A program made the translations under genes and the position numbers. A DNA stretch of 64,000 bases. It comes from Yuukianura sp. NJ FZ-2021 (taxonomy: Eukaryota). The first letter of the stretch is position 1; each line of letters begins with the position of its first letter. Below the pieces are notes generated by a model. It was not told where the DNA came from, did not search any database, and was given only the letters and a program-made list of their open reading frames with translations. The stretch is taken from the NCBI GenBank assembly GCA_046563655.1, contig CM102286.1, positions 14,012,001 through 14,076,000 of the forward strand. The letters run 5' to 3'. Below are positions 52,320 through 64,000 of this stretch, piece after piece.

Positions 52320-52930
52320 CTGATCATGAATGAGATCCAGAGATCAGCAGACAAGATCTCAAGTGCTCGAAACAAAAGCTCGTACTGAACGTGGAGTTTA
52401 TGGTGCCACTGAGGCAAGCAGTTTCTGGAGGAAATGTAGAATAACTTGGTTCTGTCCCGAACGTGAACCCTGACTACTACCGTGTTCCTGTTCTTGTAAC
52501 TCGTCAGTTTAACTGTAAAGATGCAAACTACAACACAAAGTGTCAAAAGAAACATTACCATCTCACATCATGAACGGGCGAATGAAAGTAATTAAAGGCA
52601 AAGCCAGAACGACTACGGTCGCAGATACTGAATTTTGATTAGTCAACTGAACTTGAGCAGCCAGCCTTGTTTAAGATGTGTGGCTTTTGTAAACATTACA
52701 ACAGACCACTTCAAAGGGAACATACACGATGATCATAGTCCTGAACAAACAGAACGTAAAAAGCCCTGTGTCTGTGTATTCTTCAACTTGACCTTGATAA
52801 CTTCTGCTCCAGCTCCTCCTGGATATAAATATTGAAGAGAATTGATGATAAATGGACCTCGGTTGCACACTTTTTCCTTGATGTGGTTTCGTATCACACG
52901 TTTTATGGACACGAACAGTGCGAATCATAG
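52320..52930 (-). mobile_element. Highly degraded non-LTR retrotransposon RT remnant
   Basis: Frameshifted TVRV..KSVQ..LSSILFNIYI resembles GVRQG..LSP.LFNIY. Downstream are LFVQD (cf. LFADD) and RTKL. Confidence 0.4.
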
Positions 52931-54659
52931 TAGATAGTTAGTAATTCAATTTGTCATGATGCATCGCTTGATCGGAAGTGTTTAAATTTTTGAACAGCAC
53001 AGAGCCTTACCAATATGTCGACGGACGGCCCATAACACGGGAGGCGTAGTGGGGTTCTGTCCAGAAGATTGATTCGGTTGAGCCAGTTTTGCTTTTTATT
53101 GAATCTGAAATAATCAAAAATTCATTCCAACCAAATTAATTTTCGGACGAGACAAGTTCCAGGATTTTTGGACTACTCTAGACTACCGGTAAATCCGGAA
53201 AGAGCATTACTGTGTCATTGTCAGACTTGTGACAAGATAATACGGAGATTTGAGATTGCTTCATCGATCGATACCAAAAGCCGTACAGATAGTCTGCACC
53301 GGCGAAACAAAAAATTTGCGTGCGTATCTCCGAATAACAAAAATGTATGTTTAGCAAACATAATTTTTTCTAACCTGAAAATATATACAGTGGCAATCCA
53401 CTATACTATTGTAATTCTGTTTGAGCTGTGTGTCTGTATGTCCCGTTTCGTCAATGTCATCATCAGTTAAATTGAGCACAACAAAACTGTCAGTGACAAC
53501 ACCAAATAACTACTGCATTTTCTTGATTTCATTAAATTCGTGTCAAGTGTCTGTCAACTGACAAAACCATGGGACAGATGACACTTTTTATGACACTGAT
53601 AAATTATTCAATGCAGTGAACCATAAATCCAGGTCTCAGCTTTCAATTAAATTAGCCTTGAAATTCAGTAATCTGCGACCAACAAAGTGTTACCACTACG
53701 CCACGGCCCTCAGTCACTGTTAAGCTTAGATTAATACGAATTTAAAAAAAAACGCTCGTAACATGCATGCCCGCCCGTGACGCAACATTACTACTGCGGG
53801 GGAGGGGTTTCACCCAAAATCATAAATAAAATCAAATGAACATTGTAAATTAACCATAGTTAGCATGATTTATAACACATGAGTGTGCAGTTGAGCTTAC
53901 CAAGGCAAAAGATCAATGAACCGAAACAAATGTAAACTGGACGGAACCGATGATACGTTTCTTGGACGAATCGACGAAGTCTGGACACTGTTGGTGGCAC
54001 CGATGGGCACAGTAATTAATGGCAAGAGGTGTTACATTTGTGAATTATTGAAACCAAACATAAGATGTAAGCGGTTTAATAGTGGGATCAATCAGTTAAT
54101 CAAATCAATCAAATCAAATGGAGTGGCAAGTTTTGTTAATAAAGTGACATAATCAACCAGGAGGAAAACCAATGACAAAATCAGCACAGTAGTGTTTAGT
54201 ACAATTTGCGTTTGCAAGTGTGATGCACTAATTGTAAAGGAGTAGTATTAGGTTAACTAACTTATATAGTACTGGACAAACCCAAATTAAATAACACTCT
54301 TAATTAGTCGAAGTGTTGCTATAAAGTCCTTATCACCGAACACTCCACCACTTAAGTGGATTCCACTTCCTTTGGCACCCTCTTTTCACATTTTTTTCCT
54401 CTTGCATCTTGTCTGGTCCGTATATTTACAAACTCAGTTTTTGAATTTTCCCACCAACAGTCTCAAACGCGCGCCAACTTTCTAATACTTGGTGACAATG
54501 AAGCAACTATGCAAATGGCGGGGGAAAAAAAAATTTTTTTGTTTAACTATTTCTGCGAATACTGTTTACTGTATAATACCTGTTGTGCAGTGTGAACGGC
54601 GGCACGTTTGAAAATGTTTAAGATAACATGTCTACACGGTAACATTTTTAAAGGCACTG

Positions 54660-54970
54660 ACGTAAACTCCTTACAATTTACGGACGTAAACTTTACGAAC
54701 GTAAACGTAAATAAAACGTAAGCGAGGTCACATGATTCTCCGACATTTTACCAACGTTGTGTAAACGTAATCACGTAAACTCCTTACAATTTACGGACTT
54801 AAACTTTACGAATGCAAACGTAAATAAAACGTAAGCGAGGTCACATGATTCTTCGACATTTTTCTTGTTTAGCAAACGTTGAGTAAAGGTAGCGAAGTAA
54901 AAGTTAAAACTTGTGGACACAAATTTTACGGAAGTAAAACGTTACTGAAACGTAAACAAACGTCACATCT
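54660..54970. repeat. 113-bp tandem duplication built from ACGTAAA motifs
   Basis: Units at 54660 and 54773 are near-identical, with a degenerate continuation. Confidence 0.85.
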
Positions 54971-55232
54971 CGCTTATTGATTCAGACATCTTTGTATTTC
55001 TTTATTTTTGTTCTATATGTCAATTAGAATATCAACCCTCTTCCACAACTCACAACCACCAACAACATACGTTATTACTACTCAGCCACCAGGATATTTT
55101 TGTTCAAACAAAGTCCAATTCTTAAGTTCAATTGATTTCAAAGACGTCTGAAAAGTATTTAGGGATGTTCCACTTCCATTATCATCATCATCAATCATGA
55201 AACTTAGATCGGATCGATTGATTCAGGTTAGT

Positions 55233-57334
55233 TTAAGCTCCGGACAGAAGCTTGTCAATGGCGGCCTTGCTGGCAACATACACTGACTCTTGATCCTTGC
55301 TGGCATCGACGTGCGTGCACTTGTCTCCGTAGTGCTTCACAACCTCGGCCGAGTGGGCGTGGTAGGCAGCAAGTCGCTTGTCAATGGTCGCCTCGTTGTC
55401 GTCAGAGTGGGCATGAGCTGCCAATAGACGTTCCTTGCGGACATTGTCGGGGCAATGGTAGTACAGGATCAGCTTAGGGTTGCCAAACTGTCAACAACAA
55501 ACACAACAAGCAAGTATAATAAGTTATTAAGTTTTTTTTTTCAAGTGTTTTGTAAAGTAGTGCCAACTTTTAGATTTGATCTTGACTGACCTTGGCCTCA
55601 AAAGCATCTGCTTGTGGAACATCACGCGGGTATCCAACGACGAGGAATCCCTTCACATTGTCGGCGTGCTTGAGCAAGTAGTCCTCGATGACAGAGAGAA
55701 CGATGTCTTGGGACACGAGTTGACTAAATAACATTAATTACTATTAATTAACATTAATTAATTGCAAAGTTAATTAACTTTTAGGATTAATTGAGTAACT
55801 AATTGATTACCCAGCAGTCATGGCATCCTGAATGGCCTTGGCCTGGGGAGCATTGGCAGCCACCGCAGCTCGGAGAAGTCCGCCAGCGTTGACATTGGTA
55901 AAGTTGTATTCTTTTTCAAGACGAAGACACACCGTGGCCTTTCCAGATCCTGGTCCGCCCAAAACCAAGATGATTGGGTGGTTGGCAATCTAAAATTAAA
56001 AGAAGAAAAGCATCAAATCAATGTCACTTTTTATCACAACGATCTGCATCGTCACTTCATTTCCGTCGAAACACATCACTCTATGTGTCTTTTCCAGCCA
56101 TTTTGTTTCATTCCAAAAAGAAAAAAAAAGTGGCAGTATGCCATGAAATTTTTAGACAATTCAGAAAAAGCGATACTTCTAACTTGACTTGTACTAAATC
56201 AGCGTTTTAGTAGAAACCAGACTCATAAAATTTCCTGTTTTTGGCTAACATCAAACATATGTGGCACATTTTTCAAAAAAACAAAACAATAATTTCAATT
56301 TGCGAAGTGACACTTAACCGTGATTGCGAGAATTTGGCCAAAGTGCCAAAAAATTGTTTCGAATTCTAAAAACAGACACTACTAGAAGGGTGTGAAAAAA
56401 AAAATTTAAAAAAAAAATCTTTTTTTTTAAACGAAGCATGGAATGCCGTGTCGAGATGAAGTTCGAATGTTGAACAGATGAACGCCATTCGGCATTTTAT
56501 TTTTAAAAAAAGTTACTTTTTTGGCATACATTTACTTCTGGCGCTTTTGTCGGGTGCTCAAAAAACCGATTTTAATCGACCGAAAATGTTTTCTTTTTCT
56601 TCAAATAAGTTTTCCGAAATTTTCTAAATTTAGAATTAGAAACGAAACTTTATCTTGCGGGAGAACAAATAACTTTGAGAGACAGGCACTTAGGCCTAGA
56701 AACAACATTTTCAATGCTAATCGAAAAACAGTGGCGTTTTACATTTCCGCTCAATTTCCGAAATCCATTTTCAGAAAAACGAATGTTTTCCAAAACAAAA
56801 AAGAAAGAACCAGGACTCGAACGGAAAGCATCAAAATCGATTTCCAAGAAAATTGAAAAGCTAAAATTCGTTTTTTTCCATCACATTTCACTGTAATTGA
56901 CATAAGAAGTTGCGTGTTCAAATAAACTTTTGTTCAAAAACAAGCAACTGCGAAAAAAAAACCAATAAGGTTAATCGATTAATCGAACCAATCAAAAACC
57001 AATTTCTTTGGTAATTTCGTAAACAAATTAATTAGGAAAACTTCAGAAACTTTAATGTACAGTGCAGTTAAACCGTACAAAAAAAATGAGAAAGTAATTG
57101 CAAAAACTAAAATTAAAGTCAAAATTAACTTCGTAAAAATTTTTTTTGCATTAAATTCCTTCCGAATTTTGCTTAATAGTGAAGCATCCTCTCAAGCGTT
57201 CCCGGCTCAAGTAGATTCTAACGCTTTCGCCACAGTTTTCAATTTCAAATGTTTTGAAAACTGAGCAATTATATGAGTTGATTGTTGAATTAATTTAAGT
57301 TGAACTAAGAATCACTTACCTTCTCGTTGACCAT
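55233..57334 (-). CDS. Adenylate kinase 1 / UMP-CMP kinase-like protein with degenerate catalytic residues
   Basis: MVNEK|IANHPIILVLGGPGSGKAT, AGGLLR, G|QLV, FLVVGYPR, ERLLAAHAHSDDNEATIDKRL. Four exons. Confidence 0.9.
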
Positions 57335-58098
57335 ATTGAATAGAGTAAGCTTTTGCTTAAGAACTGTGAGTAAGTAGTAAGTAGTTGTTGACGGAAGGAG
57401 GTGAAGGAAGGCAGTGACGAGAAAGTGGCTCAAATCCTGGACTAAAAAGCCAATCCAGCTCCTTCGGCAGTAACCAAAATAAGTTGAGCCAAAGTGCTTC
57501 CAGGGGTGACGGACGCTTGGTGTGGTGGTGGCCAGTAGCCAAAAATTTTTGTCGAGCGTGGCCTCAGCCAAAACTTTGTCGAGCATTAATAAAGTGAAGC
57601 TCAAGATCACGGATTCGGAGGTTCTAAAATTAAAAAGTTCCACTCCCCCTGCCCTGTACTTGGCAACATTTAGTGTGGCAAGAACCGGGCAACATTGTTT
57701 CCAAGGGCAAAGAGGACAATGAAACTGCTACGAGTGATATAAATTCCATGCCCCTCGAGAATCCATGCCTTTAGATGTCCTGATATGTATCTTGTTTCCA
57801 GCATTATGTTAAAAATAAAATTCAAGGATGCAGTTCACCTCTTAGCTTACATTTTCAACCGCACCGACCGCGGGGTTTGATCACGCGCCGAAGCAAAAGA
57901 CGTCAGGGTCCGGTGCAGGTCTCCAACTTATTTATTCTAACTCGTGCCTGCAACGAATCCTTTTACGTAGAAAAGAAATGACAATGAATAATTCAAGAAA
58001 AAGAAATTTTACTTTACAAGTTGCTCTTTGCAATTACAATATTTAGTAAATTGGAAATTGTAGCAAATGACATGACCTGACCGTGACGAAGATCGCAA

Positions 58099-58728
58099 TT
58101 ACAAGAAACCAGTTTTCTCAACCATCACGTGAGGTTGGACAATTGCTTCAGAGTCTAGCGGATGTCCAAGGAAGTCTTCGAATCCAATCAATTCATCTCG
58201 ACCTGTGATACATATCAAACCGACATAGTGTATCATGTTCAACTTAACGTTTTCTAAACGTTATCTTTTTTTACTAACCAGTGAGAGCTTGAAGTGAAGC
58301 CTCATGTCGACGGAGAAATGGCAAATGTCCTACTTTGGATAAACATTTCCGTTCTGCCTGAAGACGTAGGGGAAGATGGATTCCCTGAGATCGTCGTAGT
58401 AAAGCCATTTCCAATTGGTCCTGACGTTGATGAAACTTGATACAGTAAAACCAAGAAAAAAAATTAGTTGAATTAATTCATGGCTTTAGAAATTTTGTCA
58501 GATTAAGTTAAAAACGAATTCATACCGTCAATTCGGCTTTCTCAAGTGGATGTTCAGTAATACGTAGAGACGTTGGGCCACCACTGCCGGTAGCATACGT
58601 ACCAAACCTGTGCTTACCAAACGAATGTTAGTTTAGCATGTCGTAATCAATCGTAATGTAGTAATCTAAAGTTAATCTTTGGTTTTAAGCAAGGTTACTT
58701 ACGATCCCTTTGTTGCGTCTAAGGCCAT
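58099..58728 (-). CDS. POMP: Proteasome maturation protein (UMP1)
   Basis: Spliced: HPLEKAE..LRRSQGIHLPLRLQAE..HLPFL..ALTG|RDELIGFEDFL..PHVMVEKTGFL. Four exons, absent from the ORF track. Confidence 0.92.
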
Positions 58729-59582
58729 TGTCGTCGTCGACGGCAAATACTTAAAGATGTATCTGAATAATTCGAACCGATACCGAAACAAGGACCGGTA
58801 CAGAAGAAACGATGATTTTAATTGTTTTTAGACCAATTGAATTGAATTCGTCCGGAAAAAATACTTGCAAAAAAAAAGATGACTTTTTAAATTTTTGGTT
58901 GCACAAAAAGCTACTTGTGACAGTCTGTCACCCTCTTCACCATATATGGACATAAATTTAACAATTCAAAAACTAAACCAATTAACTTTAATGAATAAAT
59001 GTGACATGATTTCCGAAGCCAGGGATCAACTGCTGAGTCGCCTTATGTCACTGACCTTTCGCGCTCATGATTTTCAATGGGAAAATACAATTTAAACGGC
59101 GACATTAACGGCATTAAATTTAAATAGTTTCATTGATGGGATCGTTTCAGTGAGACGAGACTGAGACTTCTCACCGCGAATTTTTAAAGAGAGCGCTATT
59201 TTCCATTGAATTTTTTTTAAGGAATTCGAAGAATTCGGAGTGCTAAGATTTGTTTTTGTTTTGAATGTTGTGATCTCTTAGAACGAAGTAATGTTTTCGG
59301 GTTAAAAAGTCAATTGGTCTATAAAACCCTTTAACTAAACAAATCAGAAACTGAATGTATTTGTGAGTAATTTACTCACAACGGAGGTCACTTCTTCATC
59401 GCATCGTCCACCAATCAGCTGGTTAGTTAAATTTGTTGTACATAATTCCATTTTTCCATTAATTATGAACTAATGACGACTAGAATAAACAATAAACGTT
59501 TAATTATGGTTTGTTTTTATGTAAGGTCGGTTGCGTCTGGACATACGGATATTTTGATTGGAAAAACAACGTTTACACATAA

Positions 59583-61409
59583 ATGGACGACGCCAAAATC
59601 GTGCTTCAGCGTGTAGACGGGGCTTCTGAAAAGCAGAGGTCAATGGCAACTGCTATCGATAGGGCTATCGCGGAAATGGAACTATCTGAAGAAATAAAAC
59701 TCGTTCCTGTGCCGTTGTCGTCTTCAATGCCTCGAGAACCGGAAGATGAAGGAACAGACGTTATTTGTGAAGATAATCCTGCAAGTGATTCAGGAAAAGA
59801 GAAAAGTACTGGCGATGGTGCCAATCTGGACGACGATGACGAACCTCAAATAAATCCTAGTTTGTATGAAGTTATTGATCTCAGAAAGCGCGTTGATGAA
59901 ATGGAAAGCTACATTGCAAATCTTCACGGTGAAGTACGTCAACTACGGCTGAAACTGCGAACTTTGGATCCGGAAGGAGCAGGATTTCAGAAAATACTGG
60001 AAGCCAATATTGTTAAAATATTGGATAGGCAAAACTGGAAGATTTCCCGAAGCAATGATCAAATCAAGGGTAGCTTAACTTCAACATTGTTTGCTGTAAT
60101 GTTATTTTTGACGTATTCATGCGTACCTAAGTAAGGTTCATGTTTTCCTTACTAGCTCGAGTTCCAATCCTAACACCGATTGCTAAGATCGTTAAGCAAG
60201 AGCGTTCTGGTCCCCGAGCACCACAATTTAAGCGAGGTGATCCACCACCTCCACCTCGCCGTGTCCGTGTCAAAAAGCGAGGCTTCTCGGCACCGTTAAC
60301 TTCTGATGAAGACACTGGTATGGAGGACAGTCAAGACGCCGGTGATGAGCCATTGGCGGGAAAAGAAATTGACGACGACGAATACAGTGATCCGTCATAC
60401 CACCCCGGAGGAAATGATAGTAGTAACCTAGAAAACGTCAAACCAAAAATCACCAGCCGGAAGCCTGCTCCTCTCTCTAAGAAATCCGCCGGAAACGTTT
60501 CATCACCCAAAGTTATGATCGTAAAGAAGTATGATGCATATTGTGAGGCGCGTAAGTATGTCTGTCACAATGCAAGAGTACTTTTTAAATTAAAAATTGC
60601 TCAATTTCTACACGTTTCCAGCAAAGACTCCAGCTAGCGTCATTCGTTCTGGAGATGTTTCAGTCATTCTGGAGGAAGATTACGATGAACAACAAGAATC
60701 CGATACAAAACAGAAACGAACGATCAGAGCCTACCGACCACGAGGTGGTACCCGTAAACCCTACGTTCGACCCAAGGTCAAATGCAGGTGAGAAATTGTT
60801 AGTTTAATTGCATTATGCGGCAATCAATTTTGCTAATACTAATTTATATTTTTAACATTCAGCATGTGCCCGAGAGAGTGTAGGGATCAGCACGACGTAA
60901 GCCAAACTGAAAAAATAAGTTTCTACACTCAATTCTTTTTAAAACTTGTAAAACTGAAAGCTAAATTGTAATTTTGTATGATAGCTCATCAAGCACGAGA
61001 GGATACACACTGGTAAGACAGTTAAAAAGAATTTGATTGCGTTGTTACCCTATTTCAAGGCGTATAGCTCGCGTGGTATCTGATGTTTTCCAGTTCCCGG
61101 CAAAATAAAGAATAAACCAGAAAAAAGCTTCTCACTTGAGTTTACGCCCAAAATATTTTAAATTTAGTGCGGGGTATACCCGGCTGCGACTTATACGAGG
61201 TTGAGGCTTATACGTGGTTGCGGATAATACGCTGGGAAATAGGGTAGTACATTAATTTTTTTTTTACAATTCTAATTTGTTTCTGTCTTGTCCCCTTTTT
61301 AGGTGAGAAACCCTACTCCTGCTCTGTATGTGGCCCGGATACTCGATTTACTCAGAAGTACCACATGCAAAGGCATATGAGGAAGTACCATACTTTAGAT
61401 GGAAGTTGA
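59583..61409 (+). CDS. C2H2 zinc-finger protein (two C-terminal fingers, coiled coil, acidic regions)
   Basis: KC|SMCPRECRDQHD|LIKHERIHT|GEKPYSCSVCGPDTRFTQKYHMQRHMRKYH, TGA at 61407-61409. Confidence 0.8.
61046..61246. mobile_element. Intronic MITE (Tc2/pogo-like termini)
   Basis: TACCCTATTTC..GCGTAT and ATACGC..GAAATAGGGTA inverted ends with internal GCTTATACG repeats. Related solo ends terminate at 52205 and 62016. Confidence 0.7.
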
Positions 61410-61665
61410 AGCGAAGCGATTTCACAATTTGGATAGCTTCAACCCAATATTTTTAATTAGTTTCATAAAAATTTACTTTTTAAGAGTCAAACTTTAATCA
61501 ATTTATCACTTTTGTTTATATTTATTAGAGCACCGAAATAGCTTAAATCTCTATCAAGTAAACTTTTTTCTAAGAATGAATTTAGCTTATGTCACAGTTA
61601 CCAAGCACCGAATTTAAATCGACGCTTTTCTGATGAGTCGTTTGCGAATTCATCATGTCGCCATT

Positions 61666-62236
61666 TTAGTCACCACTTGAGCCTGGTGCCGGGAGTGTGA
61701 CGACGAGTTCAGGTTCTTGATCACTGAGATTGTAGGTGACAGAAGTAACACTCTGTTCTACAAATGAAGTAATTGAAAAGATGATTCTGCCGCCAATTCG
61801 CAGTCGTTTCAAAGATTCTTCCAAATCTGTATCTTTGTTTTCATCATTTACAATTTCAAGGTCACTTCCAGTGTCAGCGCTTCTCCTACGCTTTCCTGAT
61901 AAGTTAAAAATTTATATTACTTTATTTCATATAAATTCGGATTAATTTAGAGATGGGAAATGATATTTCAGTGCGTGTTATACGGGAGTGCGCGTTATAC
62001 GCCGATAAATAGGGTATGAAATAATATTTAAATTTTTTTTAAATTTAACCTGCTCTAGTTGTGCTTGGAGCAACCAGTTGTGCTTGTTCTGAAAAATCGG
62101 GGACATTCGGCTGCCTTAATCGATGATACGTGCGATGATGTAAACTGGAAATTCGTTTCCGTTTTGGTATTGGTCCATTTTCAATCAAACTCAAAACGTC
62201 AGTGTCTTCGTACTTTCTTCTTCTCGGATTACTCAT
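61666..62236 (-). CDS. Orphan ~140-aa protein with NLS-like basic clusters (2 exons)
   Basis: MSNPRRRKY..PKRKR..TTRAG|KRRRSADT..LKRLRI..SSGD-stop. A GT-AG phase-1 join keeps the frame open. Confidence 0.6.
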
Positions 62237-62890
62237 ACTGTTCAATTAATTACTAAATTTTAACTCTAATTAACAAATTTGCTAATAATTGAATTTGTAT
62301 TGAAGGAAACAGGACAAATACTATTCAATTTAAAAAAAAAATCTTTCTGAGAAATTCTGCAACACAATATTTTCTGGCCCAAATCCAATTCGACTCGGAA
62401 TTCATCGGTTTTGTTTTCAACCTTGTACTACCCGGAATACTAAAAACCGGGTATCGCAAGTTATGCTGAAGGTTTTGTTCAATGTATTGAAATTTTTACT
62501 TTTGTGTTAATTGACCATGAGCAATAACCACGAGCTGGTCAATTTAAAAGTAAAATGAGCCGCATGCTAATTCCAAAATTTCGATAATTGAGTAACAATA
62601 ATTGTTACTCAGCAATTTTCAGCAATTATTACTGAAATTGTGAACTTGAACTTAATTCTTTCAAACTCTAAATATTGCTAAAGACGCAACATTCTGACAA
62701 TTTGCACCTCAAAATTTGAAATTCCAAGTAAAATTGAAACTAAACTTAACCGGTGAGTTAACTGTTAGCAATTGGACACTTTGCAAAGAAGTTTTTTAAA
62801 AATCTGCCTGTTCCAACGTAGAAGTCAACTCGACAATAATTGTGTTTTTTTTTAAACTAAATTTTGTCAACGCGCTGACGCAGCGTCAAC

Positions 62891-64000
62891 ATGGGTGACA
62901 GTGACACTACAAAGCTTATTAAAAATTGTCAGAAGATTCCTTCAGTAGGTTTTTCAAAACCAACAAAGTTTTTGAAATAAAATATTTTTGAAATCGAAAT
63001 TTTTTGAAAAGAAAATTTTTTTTAGGAATCTGAGTCTGACTCCTCATCAGACACGTCGCCAGACGACACTTCAGTTCCCTTTCGTCCTCGGCGTACCGAT
63101 CGCATCATGTCCGTAGAAAACACGACTTTAACTGAAATCATAACAATTTATGAAAAATTGAAAAAAGGGCGGGAAAACCGTGTTCTAATGAAATCCAAAC
63201 TGGAATTTCCCGCTCACCGCAACAAATGTGACATGACCGGTACGGTTTTTGTAGACGACGGTACAACTGCAAGTGAAACGATTCCGATGGTACCGACTTT
63301 CAATGCCGGACCAGAAAAAAGTGTCATTTCGATTCTGGATTTTAACAAATTCAAAAATTTCCGGCACACCAAGTACTTGTACTACTCTCAAAAAGTTGGA
63401 CTTTTACAGTGTGACTTTATTGAAAACCTTGGACAAAGTTTTGCTGAATTGCTCAAAGGAAAAAATTATTGGCTCAACATTTACGATCCCGACGAAGAGG
63501 ATTTTTCTATTTTATTTAACAGTTATGGCGTTCATGATTTGACGATCAATGACATTCGAGAAGGCTACACTGAAGAAAAATTAGAAGTATTTGAACATTA
63601 TACTTTTGTATCTATGCGTCTAATGTCCGAAAACAAAAACAATAACGACACAGACAAAAGTGGCCAAAAAGATGACGATGACGTAGATTTTAATATCTTA
63701 TTGTTCAAACATTTTGTTATAACAATACACGAAAAACATTGGCCAAGTATCAACGATATTCTGGGCTTTTTGAATCTGATTACACATAATGCGCATGCGC
63801 CATTATCACCCGACTGGGTTTTCTTTTCAATTTTTATTGAAATGAATCAAGATGCAAAGTACATTATGAATTTAATTGAACCTAAAATTGATGAAATTAG
63901 ACTCGGTAACAAATCGGTTGAAGTCATGAAAAGGAATTTTGACCTCGAATTGGAAGTTTACGGTATTTCGAGATTTATTAAACCCAAAATGAAAATTTTG
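62891..64000 (+). CDS. CorA-superfamily Mg2+ transporter, fungal ALR1/MNR2-like (runs off window)
   Basis: Exon 1 is 62891-62944, intron 62945-63025. Exon 2 is open for 325 codons to the edge: YWLNIYDPDEEDF..YGVHDLTINDI..EEKLEVFEHYTFV..FNILLF..ITIH..SPDWVFFSI..LIEPKIDEI. Confidence 0.8.

Noticed and set aside
53674..53709. tRNA-like 5' half on the minus strand (GGGCCGTGGCGTAGTGGTAACAC)
   Set aside because: There is no T-arm/B-box or acceptor partner; it is a fragment only.

Overview
AT-rich, gene-dense eukaryotic (arthropod) DNA with many short GT-AG introns. The six-frame ORF track shows only exon fragments, so I assembled the gene models by hand. The gene mix and intron style suggest a springtail-like hexapod, which is an inference. 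About 23 genes occur, in this order: small secreted peptide, FAM92/CIBAR-like, SAYSD1, divergent long-tailed histone H3 variant (CenH3-like, with a frame break), single-Ig PVR-type RTK, membrane-anchored degenerate PNPO-like protein, ADA2/ADGF, SLC23 nucleobase transporter, Cys-rich secreted peptide, CWC27, APD1-4-domain protein, TAL1/SCL bHLH, three SEC14-GOLD paralogs with a truncated RP2 among them, orphan secreted protein, PDE11, a catalytically degenerate adenylate kinase, POMP, a C2H2 protein, an orphan, and a fungal ALR1/MNR2-like CorA Mg2+ transporter. The transporter lies at the right edge and is missed by the ORF track. It carries a host-style intron and is the best horizontal-transfer candidate. 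The window also contains MITEs, a LINE remnant, intronic minisatellites and a strong excess of AGGTCA/EcRE-like motifs. All family calls are from motif recognition by eye; no database searches were run.
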